NCBI GenBank assembly: GCA_002778705.1
Contig: PFAM01000004.1
Span: 20,109 to 84,108, forward strand
From: Candidatus Falkowbacteria bacterium CG10_big_fil_rev_8_21_14_0_10_37_14
GTDB lineage: Bacteria; Patescibacteriota; Patescibacteriia; Patescibacteriales; Patescibacteriaceae
Reading direction: 5' to 3'
DNA: 64,000 nucleotides
Shown here: positions 17,227 to 26,236 of the stretch, one piece after another
Position numbering within the stretch: the stretch's first letter is position 1
How the letters are laid out: each line of letters starts with the position of its first letter
Position numbers and translations under genes: made by a program
The notes under the pieces: generated by a model
Databases searched by the model: none
Seen by the model: only the letters and a program-made list of their open reading frames with translations
What the model was told of the DNA's origin: nothing

Positions 17227-17255
17227 ATTATAGCATTTTTTAAAAAACTTACCAA
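17227..17255 (-). promoter_or_regulatory. Candidate promoter TTGGTA-N17-(TGC)TATAAT for pilin paralogues 3 and 2
   Basis: Minus strand reads TTGGTAAGTTTTTTAAAAAATGCTATAAT. Confidence 0.45.
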
Positions 17256-17302
17256 GCCCCTGCTTTGCCCGCATAGTACCCATAATCAACATTATCACTT
17301 CG

Positions 17303-18364
17303 TCAATAAAACATTGTAAATACCAGCCAAAAAAAGTAAGATGTTACAATACTTATCACTAAAACAGTTACCCACCAATACCGCCCAGCCAAATTAACAA
17401 AGGATTTCCACTTGGTTAAAAAACTGAAAAAATCAGTGTTATCAACAACCAGATTAAGATAGGGGGCCTGACAGGATTTTGTCAACATGATTAAACCGAT
17501 GTTAACAGCATGTGGTAAAACATGGCGATCATCAAAAACTACTGTATTAAATTTATTAACAGGATGACCAAGCTGGACTTTTTTAGATAAGATTCCACTA
17601 ACCATATCAGCTAAACCGTTTAACAGACTACCGCTACCAGATAAATAGCAGTCAAAAACTTGGCAACTATATTTCTTTTCATAATAATTTAAGGTCTGTT
17701 TAATTTCTGATAAAGTGCCTGGTAAACGCTGTTCATTAAATGGTAAAGCGGCTGATAACCGTAACCAGCCATTGTTATCAGCAAAAACAAGATTAATACT
17801 ACGACGATTAAAATCTAAAATTAAACTATGATCTTCTCCAGTCCCTGGTAACAAAGACCTAAGTAAAGACAGTTCTTCAATATCAGCTAAAACTAATTTT
17901 AAATTAGCCAAAGCTAGCGTTTGCCGATAGTCATCAATAATTCGGCGTGGCGTAGCCGCAAAAATAACCATAGACCGATCAGTCTGTTTAGTTATAATAT
18001 AATCCCAATAAAGCTCTTTTAATGGTAACGGCAAAATTTGGTGTAACTTGTTTAAAATAACAGCTTCTAACTTAGCTCTAGAGGCAACTGTTTCCAAAGC
18101 AAAACTATAAACATAAGTTTGAGATGAGGTTAGACTTATGGCCACATGACGACTGCCTATAAACTCTGGTAAACGCAAATCTTTAACGGCTATTTTTATT
18201 TTTTCGGCTAAGACATTGGCTTGCGTAACTGTATTATTAATAACCACTCCAGGCTCTAATAAAACCCGAGAGGCTACGATACGTTCTTCCGAAAACCAAG
18301 ATAAACATTCTACAGCCTGATCACTGATTGCGATGGCTATGAAATTATTGATAGAAAAAGGCAT
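17303..18364 (-). CDS. PilM-like (actin-fold) pilus assembly protein with a C-terminal transmembrane helix
   Basis: The N-terminus FIAIAISDQAVECLSW...LLEPGVVINNTVTQANVLAEKIKIAVKDL resembles PilM. A C-terminal helix YWWVTVLVISIVTSYFFWLVF is present. The track start 18463 is rejected because a terminator lies at 18443-18478. Confidence 0.5.
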   Translation of the reverse strand: MPFSINNFIAIAISDQAVECLSWFSEERIVASRVLLEPGVVINNTVTQANVLAEKIKIAVKDLRLPEFIGSRHVAISLTSSQTYVYSFALETVASRAKLEAVILNKLHQILPLPLKELYWDYIITKQTDRSMVIFAATPRRIIDDYRQTLALANLKLVLADIEELSLLRSLLPGTGEDHSLILDFNRRSINLVFADNNGWLRLSAALPFNEQRLPGTLSEIKQTLNYYEKKYSCQVFDCYLSGSGSLLNGLADMVSGILSKKVQLGHPVNKFNTVVFDDRHVLPHAVNIGLIMLTKSCQAPYLNLVVDNTDFFSFLTKWKSFVNLAGRYWWVTVLVISIVTSYFFWLVFTMFY

Positions 18365-18442
18365 GATATTTTTTACCCCAGCCAAGTCTGAGGTTACAAA
18401 AAATAAAATTTGAATAGTTGATTTTAGTTTACCATAATTAAC

Positions 18443-18478
18443 ACAAAAACAAAAATCAGGCACATAATTAGTGCCTGA
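18443..18478 (-). terminator. Rho-independent terminator
   Basis: Minus strand reads UCAGGCAC-UAAUUAU-GUGCCUGA followed by UUUUUGUUUUUG. Confidence 0.65.
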
Positions 18479-18585
18479 AATTTGTCTAATACTTTTTATA
18501 AAAATGTAACACTATAAAATTCAGCAGATAAGAAAAAAGATTATTTACCTGTGAGACCTGCTAGAGCACTGAAGACAAATAAATG

Positions 18586-19116
18586 TTACTCTAAACAACA
18601 ATTTATAGCCTTCTTTACTAGGCCACCTAACTTACCCATGAAACCAGATTTCACTTCATCTTTATTATCAATAGCATTATCGTCAATCTTTTTAACATCG
18701 CCAGTAGCAATTAATTTCATATTCAGCCCCCAAAATAAAGAATATAAATTATAAGCCTTATCAAATAAATCATAGGCCTGCTCTTTACCACCACGCCCCA
18801 ATTCTTTAGTACCAACCTCCATTAAACGATAGCTGGCAGCTAATAAATGCTTAGAAATACACCAAACCTCTCCCTCATACTCCTTAATGATTCTACCTAA
18901 TAAATCCTTGCGCATCTCACGAACTTCTAAAATTAAATCATAATAATCCGTCTTGCCGGTTTTAGCACCAGTAAAGAAAAAGTGCTCCTCAATAGAAACC
19001 AAATTCATAATAGCGATAGTCAGATCTTGGTCAGCCGATAAATCCAAAGGATTTTGTTTTTTTAGCTGATCATACTTTTCAACTAATTCTTGCCAATCTT
19101 TGTTTTCTTGTTCCAT
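18586..19116 (-). CDS. Hypothetical cytoplasmic protein
   Basis: 176-aa ORF with no hydrophobic segments and no family recognised. It is the last gene of the galU-thioredoxin-like operon. Confidence 0.5.
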   Translation of the reverse strand: MEQENKDWQELVEKYDQLKKQNPLDLSADQDLTIAIMNLVSIEEHFFFTGAKTGKTDYYDLILEVREMRKDLLGRIIKEYEGEVWCISKHLLAASYRLMEVGTKELGRGGKEQAYDLFDKAYNLYSLFWGLNMKLIATGDVKKIDDNAIDNKDEVKSGFMGKLGGLVKKAINCCLE

Positions 19117-19141
19117 AAAATTAAGCCATAATTTCGGGCTA

Positions 19142-19657
19142 TTAATTATTAGTCAAAAAATAAAAAACCAAACTAAGCAGCACGAGAGAACTAACGGGCA
19201 TCGCCACCTTCTGAAAAGGAAATAGAGCTTTACCATAATGCTTTTTATAAGCATCGTAAGCCGAAGCGGCTAACCAAAAAACTAGACTACCACAAATAAC
19301 TCCTAAAAGCAATTTATCAATTCCTAAAGATTCAAAGGCAACCAACGGATGACCAAACAAGCCCATAAATGGTAAAGGCAAAACCACCAAAGCATAATAA
19401 ATCGCCGTAGTCGCTTCTTTATACCAAGGGAATTGCCATTTTTTTCCATCGAGCCAGTTAATGGTCCACATCGACATTGAGGCGGTTAAAGCACCGACCC
19501 AAATACCAATCACAGCATCATCAACACCAAGATAACGAGATAAACCAACGCCAGCGCCAACAGCTAAAGTGCATATCGGGCAAACAGCTGCAGCAGATTT
19601 AGCAAAAAATAACGACAAGGCTGTTATTAAAAATGTTCCTAAATATTTATTGTGCAT
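19142..19657 (-). CDS. Polytopic membrane protein with an N-terminal CxxC motif
   Basis: Signal-like start, then AAAVCPICTLAVGAGVGLS and about 4-5 hydrophobic helices. It overlaps the upstream thioredoxin-fold gene by 11 nt. Confidence 0.55.
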   Translation of the reverse strand: MHNKYLGTFLITALSLFFAKSAAAVCPICTLAVGAGVGLSRYLGVDDAVIGIWVGALTASMSMWTINWLDGKKWQFPWYKEATTAIYYALVVLPLPFMGLFGHPLVAFESLGIDKLLLGVICGSLVFWLAASAYDAYKKHYGKALFPFQKVAMPVSSLVLLSLVFYFLTNN

Positions 19658-20039
19658 AATTTATTTTTTGCTTAAAATAATTGATAATCGGTTCATCACC
19701 AATTAAACATTGGCCATCGGCCCACAAGAATGGCACGCCAATGCTTTTAATATCAAGTCCGCAGCTTTCGGCTCGCTTAGTTAGCTCGGCAGCATTAGTT
19801 GAATTACGGTAAACCTCTTTATGTTCCCAGGTTAATTTTTCGGCTGCCCCAGATGAATCCAAAAAATCTTGGACTATTTTACAGTGAGGGCAAGTATCAC
19901 CATAATATAAAATTAAACCAGAGGTTGCTAAGACAGGAGTCTGTGCGACTATTACTTGTTTCTGAACCACTAAAGCCCAAATTGCCACCGGCAAAATCAT
20001 TAAAGTTAAAACGGCTGGAAGCCAAAGTTTATATTTCAT
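19647..20039 (-). CDS. Membrane-anchored thioredoxin/glutaredoxin-fold protein with a CPHC active site
   Basis: N-terminal anchor LPAVLTLMILPVAIWALVV, then LILYYGDTCPHCKIVQDFL and GVPFLW (cis-Pro loop-like). Confidence 0.7.
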   Translation of the reverse strand: MKYKLWLPAVLTLMILPVAIWALVVQKQVIVAQTPVLATSGLILYYGDTCPHCKIVQDFLDSSGAAEKLTWEHKEVYRNSTNAAELTKRAESCGLDIKSIGVPFLWADGQCLIGDEPIINYFKQKINYAQ

Positions 20040-20042
20040 AAA

Positions 20043-20933
20043 TTATATTTTAAGCCCTTCTAAGAAACTACGCAAATCACCCGATAATTCTTTGTTTTTT
20101 AAACCTAATTGAACATTAGCCTTAAGCCAACCCAGTTTGCTGCCAGTATCTAGCCATTCGCCTTCTAATACTTGACCATAAACCGTTCCGCCTTGTTTTA
20201 AGTATACACTAAAAGCGTCAGCTAGACGAATTTCTCCGCTAATTCCACCCTTCATTTCACCCAAAATCTTCATAATTGCTGGTGTAATAATATACGCGCC
20301 CACAGCGGCCAAATCTGAAGGAGCCTCGAGAGTTTTAGGTTTTTCTACAAAGCTTTGTATTTTATAAAGATCATTGCCATAATCAATGCCACCAACAACA
20401 CCAAATTGACTAACATTTTCCAAGCCAACTCTAGACAAGCCAATCACTGGTGCTTGGCAAGTTTCATAAACTTTAATAAGCTGTTCGGATGGAGACACTT
20501 GACTATCATATAAAGTATCGCCAAACAGTACTAAAACCGGCTCATCACCAATTAAATGAGCAGCACAACTGATAGCCTGTCCATCGCCCAAAGGCATCGG
20601 CTGACGGACATAAGCAAATTTAGCCAAATCTGAAATGTGACGAACTTCCTCGACTAAATCCAGTTTATTTTTCTCGACCAGTGTACGATCCAGTTCGAAA
20701 GAATAATCAAAGTGATCTTCAATGGCACGCTTACCACGACCAGTTACAAAAACAATTTCTTCAATACCAGCCTCCGAGGCTTCTTCCACCAGATATTGAA
20801 TAGCCGGTTTATCAACCACTGGCAGCATCTCTTTAGGCTGTGCCTTAGTAGCTGGTAAAAATCTGGTACCAAAACCAGCAACGGGAATAATCGCTTTAGT
20901 GATAGATTTAGCTTTTTGATTTGATGGTTGCAT
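20043..20933 (-). CDS. galU: UTP-glucose-1-phosphate uridylyltransferase
   Basis: AIIPVAGFGTRFLPATKAQPKEMLPVVDKPAIQYLVEEA. Confidence 0.85.
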   Translation of the reverse strand: MQPSNQKAKSITKAIIPVAGFGTRFLPATKAQPKEMLPVVDKPAIQYLVEEASEAGIEEIVFVTGRGKRAIEDHFDYSFELDRTLVEKNKLDLVEEVRHISDLAKFAYVRQPMPLGDGQAISCAAHLIGDEPVLVLFGDTLYDSQVSPSEQLIKVYETCQAPVIGLSRVGLENVSQFGVVGGIDYGNDLYKIQSFVEKPKTLEAPSDLAAVGAYIITPAIMKILGEMKGGISGEIRLADAFSVYLKQGGTVYGQVLEGEWLDTGSKLGWLKANVQLGLKNKELSGDLRSFLEGLKI

Positions 20934-20949
20934 ATGATAAAAATTGCCC

Positions 20950-21741
20950 TTACACCCCTTTCCATTTTAATAAATATTTAATCCAAGAAACAATATGAGT
21001 GCGAGTAGTTACCGAAGTGAAAAAATAATACCAAGGTGTCTGAGCACTTTCTCGGTTATGATTATGAATAATCTCTGCTCCAGGGTAATAAACCACTCGC
21101 CAACTTTTGCGATGAAAACGGCGACATAAATCAGTGTCTTCAAAGTATAGAAAAAACCTTTCATCAAAACCACCGACTTGAAGCAGGGCTTCACCGCGTA
21201 TAAACATAAATGAACCTAACAGCCAGTCAACTTCGCTGGAACTTTCTTTATCAAAATCAGTCATTAAAAATCTGGATAAATCTTGGCGGCCAGCTACAGT
21301 TTGTCCCAAAAAAGTGCGACGATATAAAGGCGTTAAAGCGCTATGCCAACGAAAACAAGAGTCCTGGACTGTATGATTGGGGTTATACTGTTTAGGACCA
21401 ACTAAACCAACTTGACTGTTAGCTTTCATGAAAGCATAAAGCGTCGGGATGGTATTCGGGAAAACTAGAGTATCAGGATTCATAACGCAAAGATACTTGC
21501 CTTTAGCACGACTAAAACCTAAATTGTTACCACCACCCATACCCAAATTAACTAAACTCTCTATCAAAATAACATCCGGGAATTGCCAGCGAATAATTTC
21601 GACCGAGTTATCCCCAGAAGCATTATCGACAACGATAATTTCATAGCTCAAATCACCCCAATCAGTAGCATACAGCGACTGCAGACAATTCAAGGTCAAG
21701 CCTTTCCTTTTATAATTAACAATAACAATGCTGATATCCAT
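20950..21741 (-). CDS. Family 2 glycosyltransferase
   Basis: ISIVIVNYKRK, VVDNASGDNS, NLGMGGGNN, FLYFEDTDLCRR. Confidence 0.8.
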   Translation of the reverse strand: MDISIVIVNYKRKGLTLNCLQSLYATDWGDLSYEIIVVDNASGDNSVEIIRWQFPDVILIESLVNLGMGGGNNLGFSRAKGKYLCVMNPDTLVFPNTIPTLYAFMKANSQVGLVGPKQYNPNHTVQDSCFRWHSALTPLYRRTFLGQTVAGRQDLSRFLMTDFDKESSSEVDWLLGSFMFIRGEALLQVGGFDERFFLYFEDTDLCRRFHRKSWRVVYYPGAEIIHNHNRESAQTPWYYFFTSVTTRTHIVSWIKYLLKWKGV

Positions 21742-21748
21742 AATCGGT

Positions 21749-22828
21749 TTATCTTATAAAAAATTTGATTAACCAAAAGTAGCCAGTCAAAAAAACATTA
21801 GCCAAGCTTAAAGCCGGACTAGCCACCTCTTGATAATCTAGACGAGCGGAAAATAATTTAATTATTTTTTTATCATTTACCTTTCTTAGACTAATTGATT
21901 CCTGGCGTGCTTTGATTAAATATTTCCAAGTGCTCGGAGCTAAAAAATAATACCAAACTTTTAATTTCTCTTTAAGCCAACCACCCTTACTAGCTGAAAA
22001 CAACATAGCTAGTTCTATTACTAAAACAGCTGGCAAAACTAACAATAAAGTAAGAAGGCTATAGTGTTTAAAAATGGAAATTAAGCGGTTACGATCCATC
22101 CAATAGAACTTGACAATAGATCGGCTAAACTCGTAGTGGTGATAGAAAACAGCTTGAGAAGACAATAACACCTGCCAACCGTTCAACCATAAACGCCAAC
22201 CTAAGTCTTGATCTTCATTATACATCCAATACTCCTCATCAAATAAACCGATAGCGCGCAGAGCAGAAATTTTTAATAAAACCGCAGCACCACTTGGATA
22301 AGCTATTTGAAGCTCATCATACTTATCAATATCAGCTACTTGCCAAGTTTGGCGGTAGCCATTGCAATAACCAAAGCCTAAAAAGTGGGTAACATTCCCC
22401 AAGCTATTAACGAGATGCTTGTCCGGTGTCAACATAATTCTAGCCTGAACAGCACCGGCCTGTGGATGTTCTATGGCTAATTTAACTAATTGTTCTAAAC
22501 AGTCAACTGCCGGATAACCATCCATGTTAAACAAGACGGCGTACTCATAATCCTCGTTTAAAATAATTTTTAAAGCTAAATTATTACCGCCTGCAAAACC
22601 AAGGTTATCAGAGCTTGATAAAAATCTTAAGCGTTTACTCCAGCCCTCACCCCAGATATTAATTGCCAGTTGACGAAAAGATTCAAACGATTCATCAGTA
22701 CTACCGTTATCAACTAAAAAAATATCAAAGTTTTGATTACTTTGCTTTTTTAAGCCAAGCAAACACTCCCGTAAGTATTTATCGGCATAATCACCCCAAT
22801 TTGGGCTAATAATAACGGCTAGCTTCAT
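21749..22828 (-). CDS. Family 2 glycosyltransferase with C-terminal membrane helices
   Basis: LVDNGSTDES, NLGFAGGNN, MYNEDQDLGWR, and hydrophobic C-terminal segments. Confidence 0.8.
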   Translation of the reverse strand: MKLAVIISPNWGDYADKYLRECLLGLKKQSNQNFDIFLVDNGSTDESFESFRQLAINIWGEGWSKRLRFLSSSDNLGFAGGNNLALKIILNEDYEYAVLFNMDGYPAVDCLEQLVKLAIEHPQAGAVQARIMLTPDKHLVNSLGNVTHFLGFGYCNGYRQTWQVADIDKYDELQIAYPSGAAVLLKISALRAIGLFDEEYWMYNEDQDLGWRLWLNGWQVLLSSQAVFYHHYEFSRSIVKFYWMDRNRLISIFKHYSLLTLLLVLPAVLVIELAMLFSASKGGWLKEKLKVWYYFLAPSTWKYLIKARQESISLRKVNDKKIIKLFSARLDYQEVASPALSLANVFLTGYFWLIKFFIR

Positions 22829-23003
22829 ATATTCTATTATAGCGTATTATAGCTTATTTTAAAAAAAAACATTAGTCAAATTACTAAAAACTCAATAAAA
22901 TATAAAAAACATTAAACTTGCCGACATTGCTTATTGTTGTTAAAGTATAATAATTACTACTGCTTGGAGAGACTTCCGCATTCACCGAAGTCAATACAAA
23001 AAC

Positions 23004-23618
23004 ATGTTAATAGATTTTGAACAACAATTATTTTTAAATGGTCTAAAAAGACTGGCCGGTACAGACGAGGCGGGGCGAGGACCGTTAGCGGGACCAGTGG
23101 TAGCCGCCACTGTGATAATCAATCATGATTGGCCCTTACCTGATAGTCTTAGGGCCGTTAATGATAGTAAGAAACTGACCACTAAAAAACGCGAAGCCTT
23201 ATTTGAGATAATAAAAACTAGCGTACCTAATTATGGCATCGCCATTGTTGATCATCAAACAATAGACCATATCAATATTTTACAAGCCTCTTTAGAAGCT
23301 ATGTATCAGGCAACTTTAGCTGCCGGTGCTAAATCTGACTGTTTATTGATAGATGGAAATCAACTGTTACCAAATTATAAACACCGTCAACAAACCTTGG
23401 TTGGTGGAGATGGTCTAAGCTTTACTATAGCTGCGGCGTCCATCTTAGCTAAAGTAACACGAGACCGACTAATGGAAGAATACGGCAAACTATACCCAGA
23501 ATATGGCTTCGCCAAGCACAAAGGCTATGGTACAGCCGCACATTTAGCAGCTATAAAAAAATATGGTCCCTCGCCCATACATCGTCTTAGTTTTGCGCCA
23601 ATGAAAAATAAAAAATAA
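23004..23618 (+). CDS. rnhB: Ribonuclease HII
   Basis: GTDEAGRGPLAGPVVAA and DSKKLT motifs. 204 aa. Confidence 0.9.
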   Translation: MLIDFEQQLFLNGLKRLAGTDEAGRGPLAGPVVAATVIINHDWPLPDSLRAVNDSKKLTTKKREALFEIIKTSVPNYGIAIVDHQTIDHINILQASLEAMYQATLAAGAKSDCLLIDGNQLLPNYKHRQQTLVGGDGLSFTIAAASILAKVTRDRLMEEYGKLYPEYGFAKHKGYGTAAHLAAIKKYGPSPIHRLSFAPMKNKK

Positions 23619-23623
23619 CTCTA

Positions 23624-24484
23624 TTAAGTTTTTGTTTTAGACTCAAGCTTTAGAATAATAGCTAAGCTTGTAATTATTCTGCCAATAAACCAGGCTAAGC
23701 GTAATAAAATTACTTCAATTGGGCTGTGCCATTTTATAAAATATTTAAGCATAGACTGGCGAAAATAGCTTTGTGCCCGACCACGAGAAATCAGCTTAAA
23801 GCTCTGCCCCACATAATCTATGGCCACAGCCACGGGAGTATACCAAACCTGTAAACCGATGGCTTTAGCTCGCTGACAATAATCCACTTCTTCAAACCAG
23901 ACAAAAAACCGTTCATCCAAACCCCCTAATTTTTCATAGGCAAAACGACGAATCATAAAACAAGCACCTCGAATAGAATCTACTCTAGCCGACTTGCTAT
24001 AATCAAAATCTCTAGCCAGATAGCTATCTAAAATATGCGGAGAAAGATGCGGTAATTTTAAGGCGATGGCTGTTTGATCTAAAATAGTTGGAAAACGACG
24101 CACATGATGAATTAATCCGCCATACTCATTAACGAGCCTTGGTCCACTAATAGCTGCCTGAGGGTTAGCCTCAAGCCAATCTAACCAAGCGGTTAGAGTA
24201 TTAGGCCGAAGCTTCATATCAGGGTTCAATAGCAGTAGATAGCGCCCCTTCGACTGGCTCAGAGCCAGATTGTTGGCGCGTGCAAAACCAATATTTTCTT
24301 TATTAGCAATCAACTTAACCCAGGAAAAGTGTTTTTTAATCATTTCCACGGTACCGTCCTTAGAAGCATTATCCACCACAAAAACTTCGGCATCCAAAGA
24401 TTCTAAAGCCGCCGATAAAGACCGCAAATTTATCTTGAGAACTTCTTTTGATTTCCAAGAAACAATAATAATGCTTAATAACAT
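23624..24484 (-). CDS. Family 2 glycosyltransferase
   Basis: LSIIIVSWKS, VVDNASKDGT, NIGFARANN, VWFEEVDYCQR. Confidence 0.8.
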   Translation of the reverse strand: MLLSIIIVSWKSKEVLKINLRSLSAALESLDAEVFVVDNASKDGTVEMIKKHFSWVKLIANKENIGFARANNLALSQSKGRYLLLLNPDMKLRPNTLTAWLDWLEANPQAAISGPRLVNEYGGLIHHVRRFPTILDQTAIALKLPHLSPHILDSYLARDFDYSKSARVDSIRGACFMIRRFAYEKLGGLDERFFVWFEEVDYCQRAKAIGLQVWYTPVAVAIDYVGQSFKLISRGRAQSYFRQSMLKYFIKWHSPIEVILLRLAWFIGRIITSLAIILKLESKTKT

Positions 24485-24487
24485 AAA

Positions 24488-25459
24488 TTATTTTATCCGC
24501 TTTGGGATTATAATTCTTTTTTTATTTTTCCAAAACCAGGTCCAAGCCGACAACAACGACCGATCAAAAATTAACGCATAGAGCCCTTCAGCGACTAAAC
24601 CAAAAAATAATTTCATCAAACCGAATAAAGATTCCTGACGCCAATACTTCCAGACTAAAACCAATTGATGCTTTCTGGACCACAATTTAGCCTTTTGATT
24701 TTTAGTGGCTTGTGCTTTCAAACGAGCTAACAAACCAATCCCCCGCCCGGCCACACTGCGGTCATGCCACACTCCTGCTGATGGTACTAATTCAGATTTC
24801 CAACCAGCCAACTTTAAACGCATGGCTAAATCCGAGTCTTCTTTATACATAAACATTAATTCATCAAAATATTGACCGCTAGTTGTTACCGATTGCAAGG
24901 CGGACACACGATATAATCCAGCACAACCGGATGGCCCAAGAACCTTGGCATTATCAAAACGGCCATGATCGGTTTCCCCTTGCCCGATATCAACAAATCG
25001 CAAGCCTGACAATTTAACGATACCACAACTATCCAAACGTTTAGTTTTTTTATTCAAAAGAAAGTCCCAATAAAAAACTTTAGGTACCACGCTACCAAGT
25101 TTATCGTTAAGCATAATTGCGGCTAATAATTTTTCAATAGCTTCTTCCGACCACAGAGTATCAGGATTAACAACTAAAAAATAATCGGCATCCCAAGCAA
25201 GAGCTTCTGTAATTAAAATATTATAAGCCCGACCAAAGCCGATATTTTCCACGCCTGACAAATAATTAATTTGTGGATAATCCATTAAAAAAGAATGATT
25301 GGACTGGTCGGCTGGCTGATTATCCCAACACCAAAAACGAGCAGACGAGCCGCTCTTTTCTACTGCTAACAACAAACTTTTCACAAAGGCAGGCAAGTAT
25401 TTGGCAGTAGCGGAGCCATAGACCAAAAAGCCAACTGCCAGTTTTACAGGACGAGCCAT
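24488..25459 (-). CDS. Family 2 glycosyltransferase
   Basis: NIGFGRAYN and MFMYKEDSDLAMR. The gap to the next GT2 gene is 3 nt. Confidence 0.75.
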   Translation of the reverse strand: MARPVKLAVGFLVYGSATAKYLPAFVKSLLLAVEKSGSSARFWCWDNQPADQSNHSFLMDYPQINYLSGVENIGFGRAYNILITEALAWDADYFLVVNPDTLWSEEAIEKLLAAIMLNDKLGSVVPKVFYWDFLLNKKTKRLDSCGIVKLSGLRFVDIGQGETDHGRFDNAKVLGPSGCAGLYRVSALQSVTTSGQYFDELMFMYKEDSDLAMRLKLAGWKSELVPSAGVWHDRSVAGRGIGLLARLKAQATKNQKAKLWSRKHQLVLVWKYWRQESLFGLMKLFFGLVAEGLYALIFDRSLLSAWTWFWKNKKRIIIPKRIK

Positions 25460-25462
25460 AGA

Positions 25463-26182
25463 CTATAAAATATTAGCCAAAATTAATTTTAAATATTTCA
25501 TAATCTCTTGCTGTTCCAATAAAGAGTTTTCAACTTCTAAAACAATATATTTACTGAAATAGTTTAGTGGAACGGTTTTGAGATACTCAAGGTCTTTCAA
25601 GCTACTAATCCAGTGACTATCCCCTCGTTTGCCAATTAAAGCATTAAAAATATCGTGCTTATAACCGCTGATATGGTTAACACCGATAGGTAAATCTGCT
25701 AAGACACTTAGCAAACGCCTATAACCAGGCTTATCGGTATCTTTGGTGTTCTGATAATGGGCCAAATCTAAGCAAACGCCGATAGCTTGGTGTTTGGTAA
25801 AAGTATCTTTATTAAAGAATAAATCTTTACGTAAATCACCATTTTCAACATAAATTAAACTAGCGTAACGGGCTAAAGAATCAAGCAAAACTAAATGCTC
25901 TGGATTAGCATGGCAACTAAAAATTTTTGTCTTAAACCGCTCCATTAAATAATCCAGCTCTTCTGAAAAAAAATCTTGACGCAAATGCACATAAGGGATA
26001 TTAACCACACCACTAGTTTCCAGTAATTTGTATAAATCTTGTCGTTCTTCATAACTCAAGCAAGTCGGCAACAAAGCGATTTCTTTGAGGCCAAGTTCTT
26101 TAATTTCGGCCACCTTATCACGCCAATTTGACTTAGGCGTAGTAGTTAAACCAAATAGTAGTTGCTTTTTATCATTAGACAT
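25463..26182 (-). CDS. Hypothetical protein, possibly a xylose-isomerase-like TIM barrel
   Basis: 239-aa ORF in the glycan operon. The GVCLDLAHY and IPYVHLRQDF motifs are only weakly suggestive. Confidence 0.35.
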   Translation of the reverse strand: MSNDKKQLLFGLTTTPKSNWRDKVAEIKELGLKEIALLPTCLSYEERQDLYKLLETSGVVNIPYVHLRQDFFSEELDYLMERFKTKIFSCHANPEHLVLLDSLARYASLIYVENGDLRKDLFFNKDTFTKHQAIGVCLDLAHYQNTKDTDKPGYRRLLSVLADLPIGVNHISGYKHDIFNALIGKRGDSHWISSLKDLEYLKTVPLNYFSKYIVLEVENSLLEQQEIMKYLKLILANIL

Positions 26183-26236
26183 AAGACTTTTATAGCTTTA
26201 TTTTAAGTTTAGCATTTTTTTAAAAGCAAGGCAACT

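Noticed and set aside
20744-20965. 73-aa minus-strand ORF overlapping the galU 5' region. Similar cases occur at 21009-21194, 50284-50475, 53410-53631, 62204-62386 and 63029-63241.
   Set aside because: These are alternative-frame overlaps with well-supported genes or terminators, with no independent support.
22829-23003. Duplicated TATTATAGC motif and GACTTC...GAAGTC hairpin in the GT2/rnhB divergent region as a regulatory RNA
   Set aside because: The features are short and compatible with ordinary overlapping -10 elements in a divergent promoter region. Nothing distinguishes them from background.
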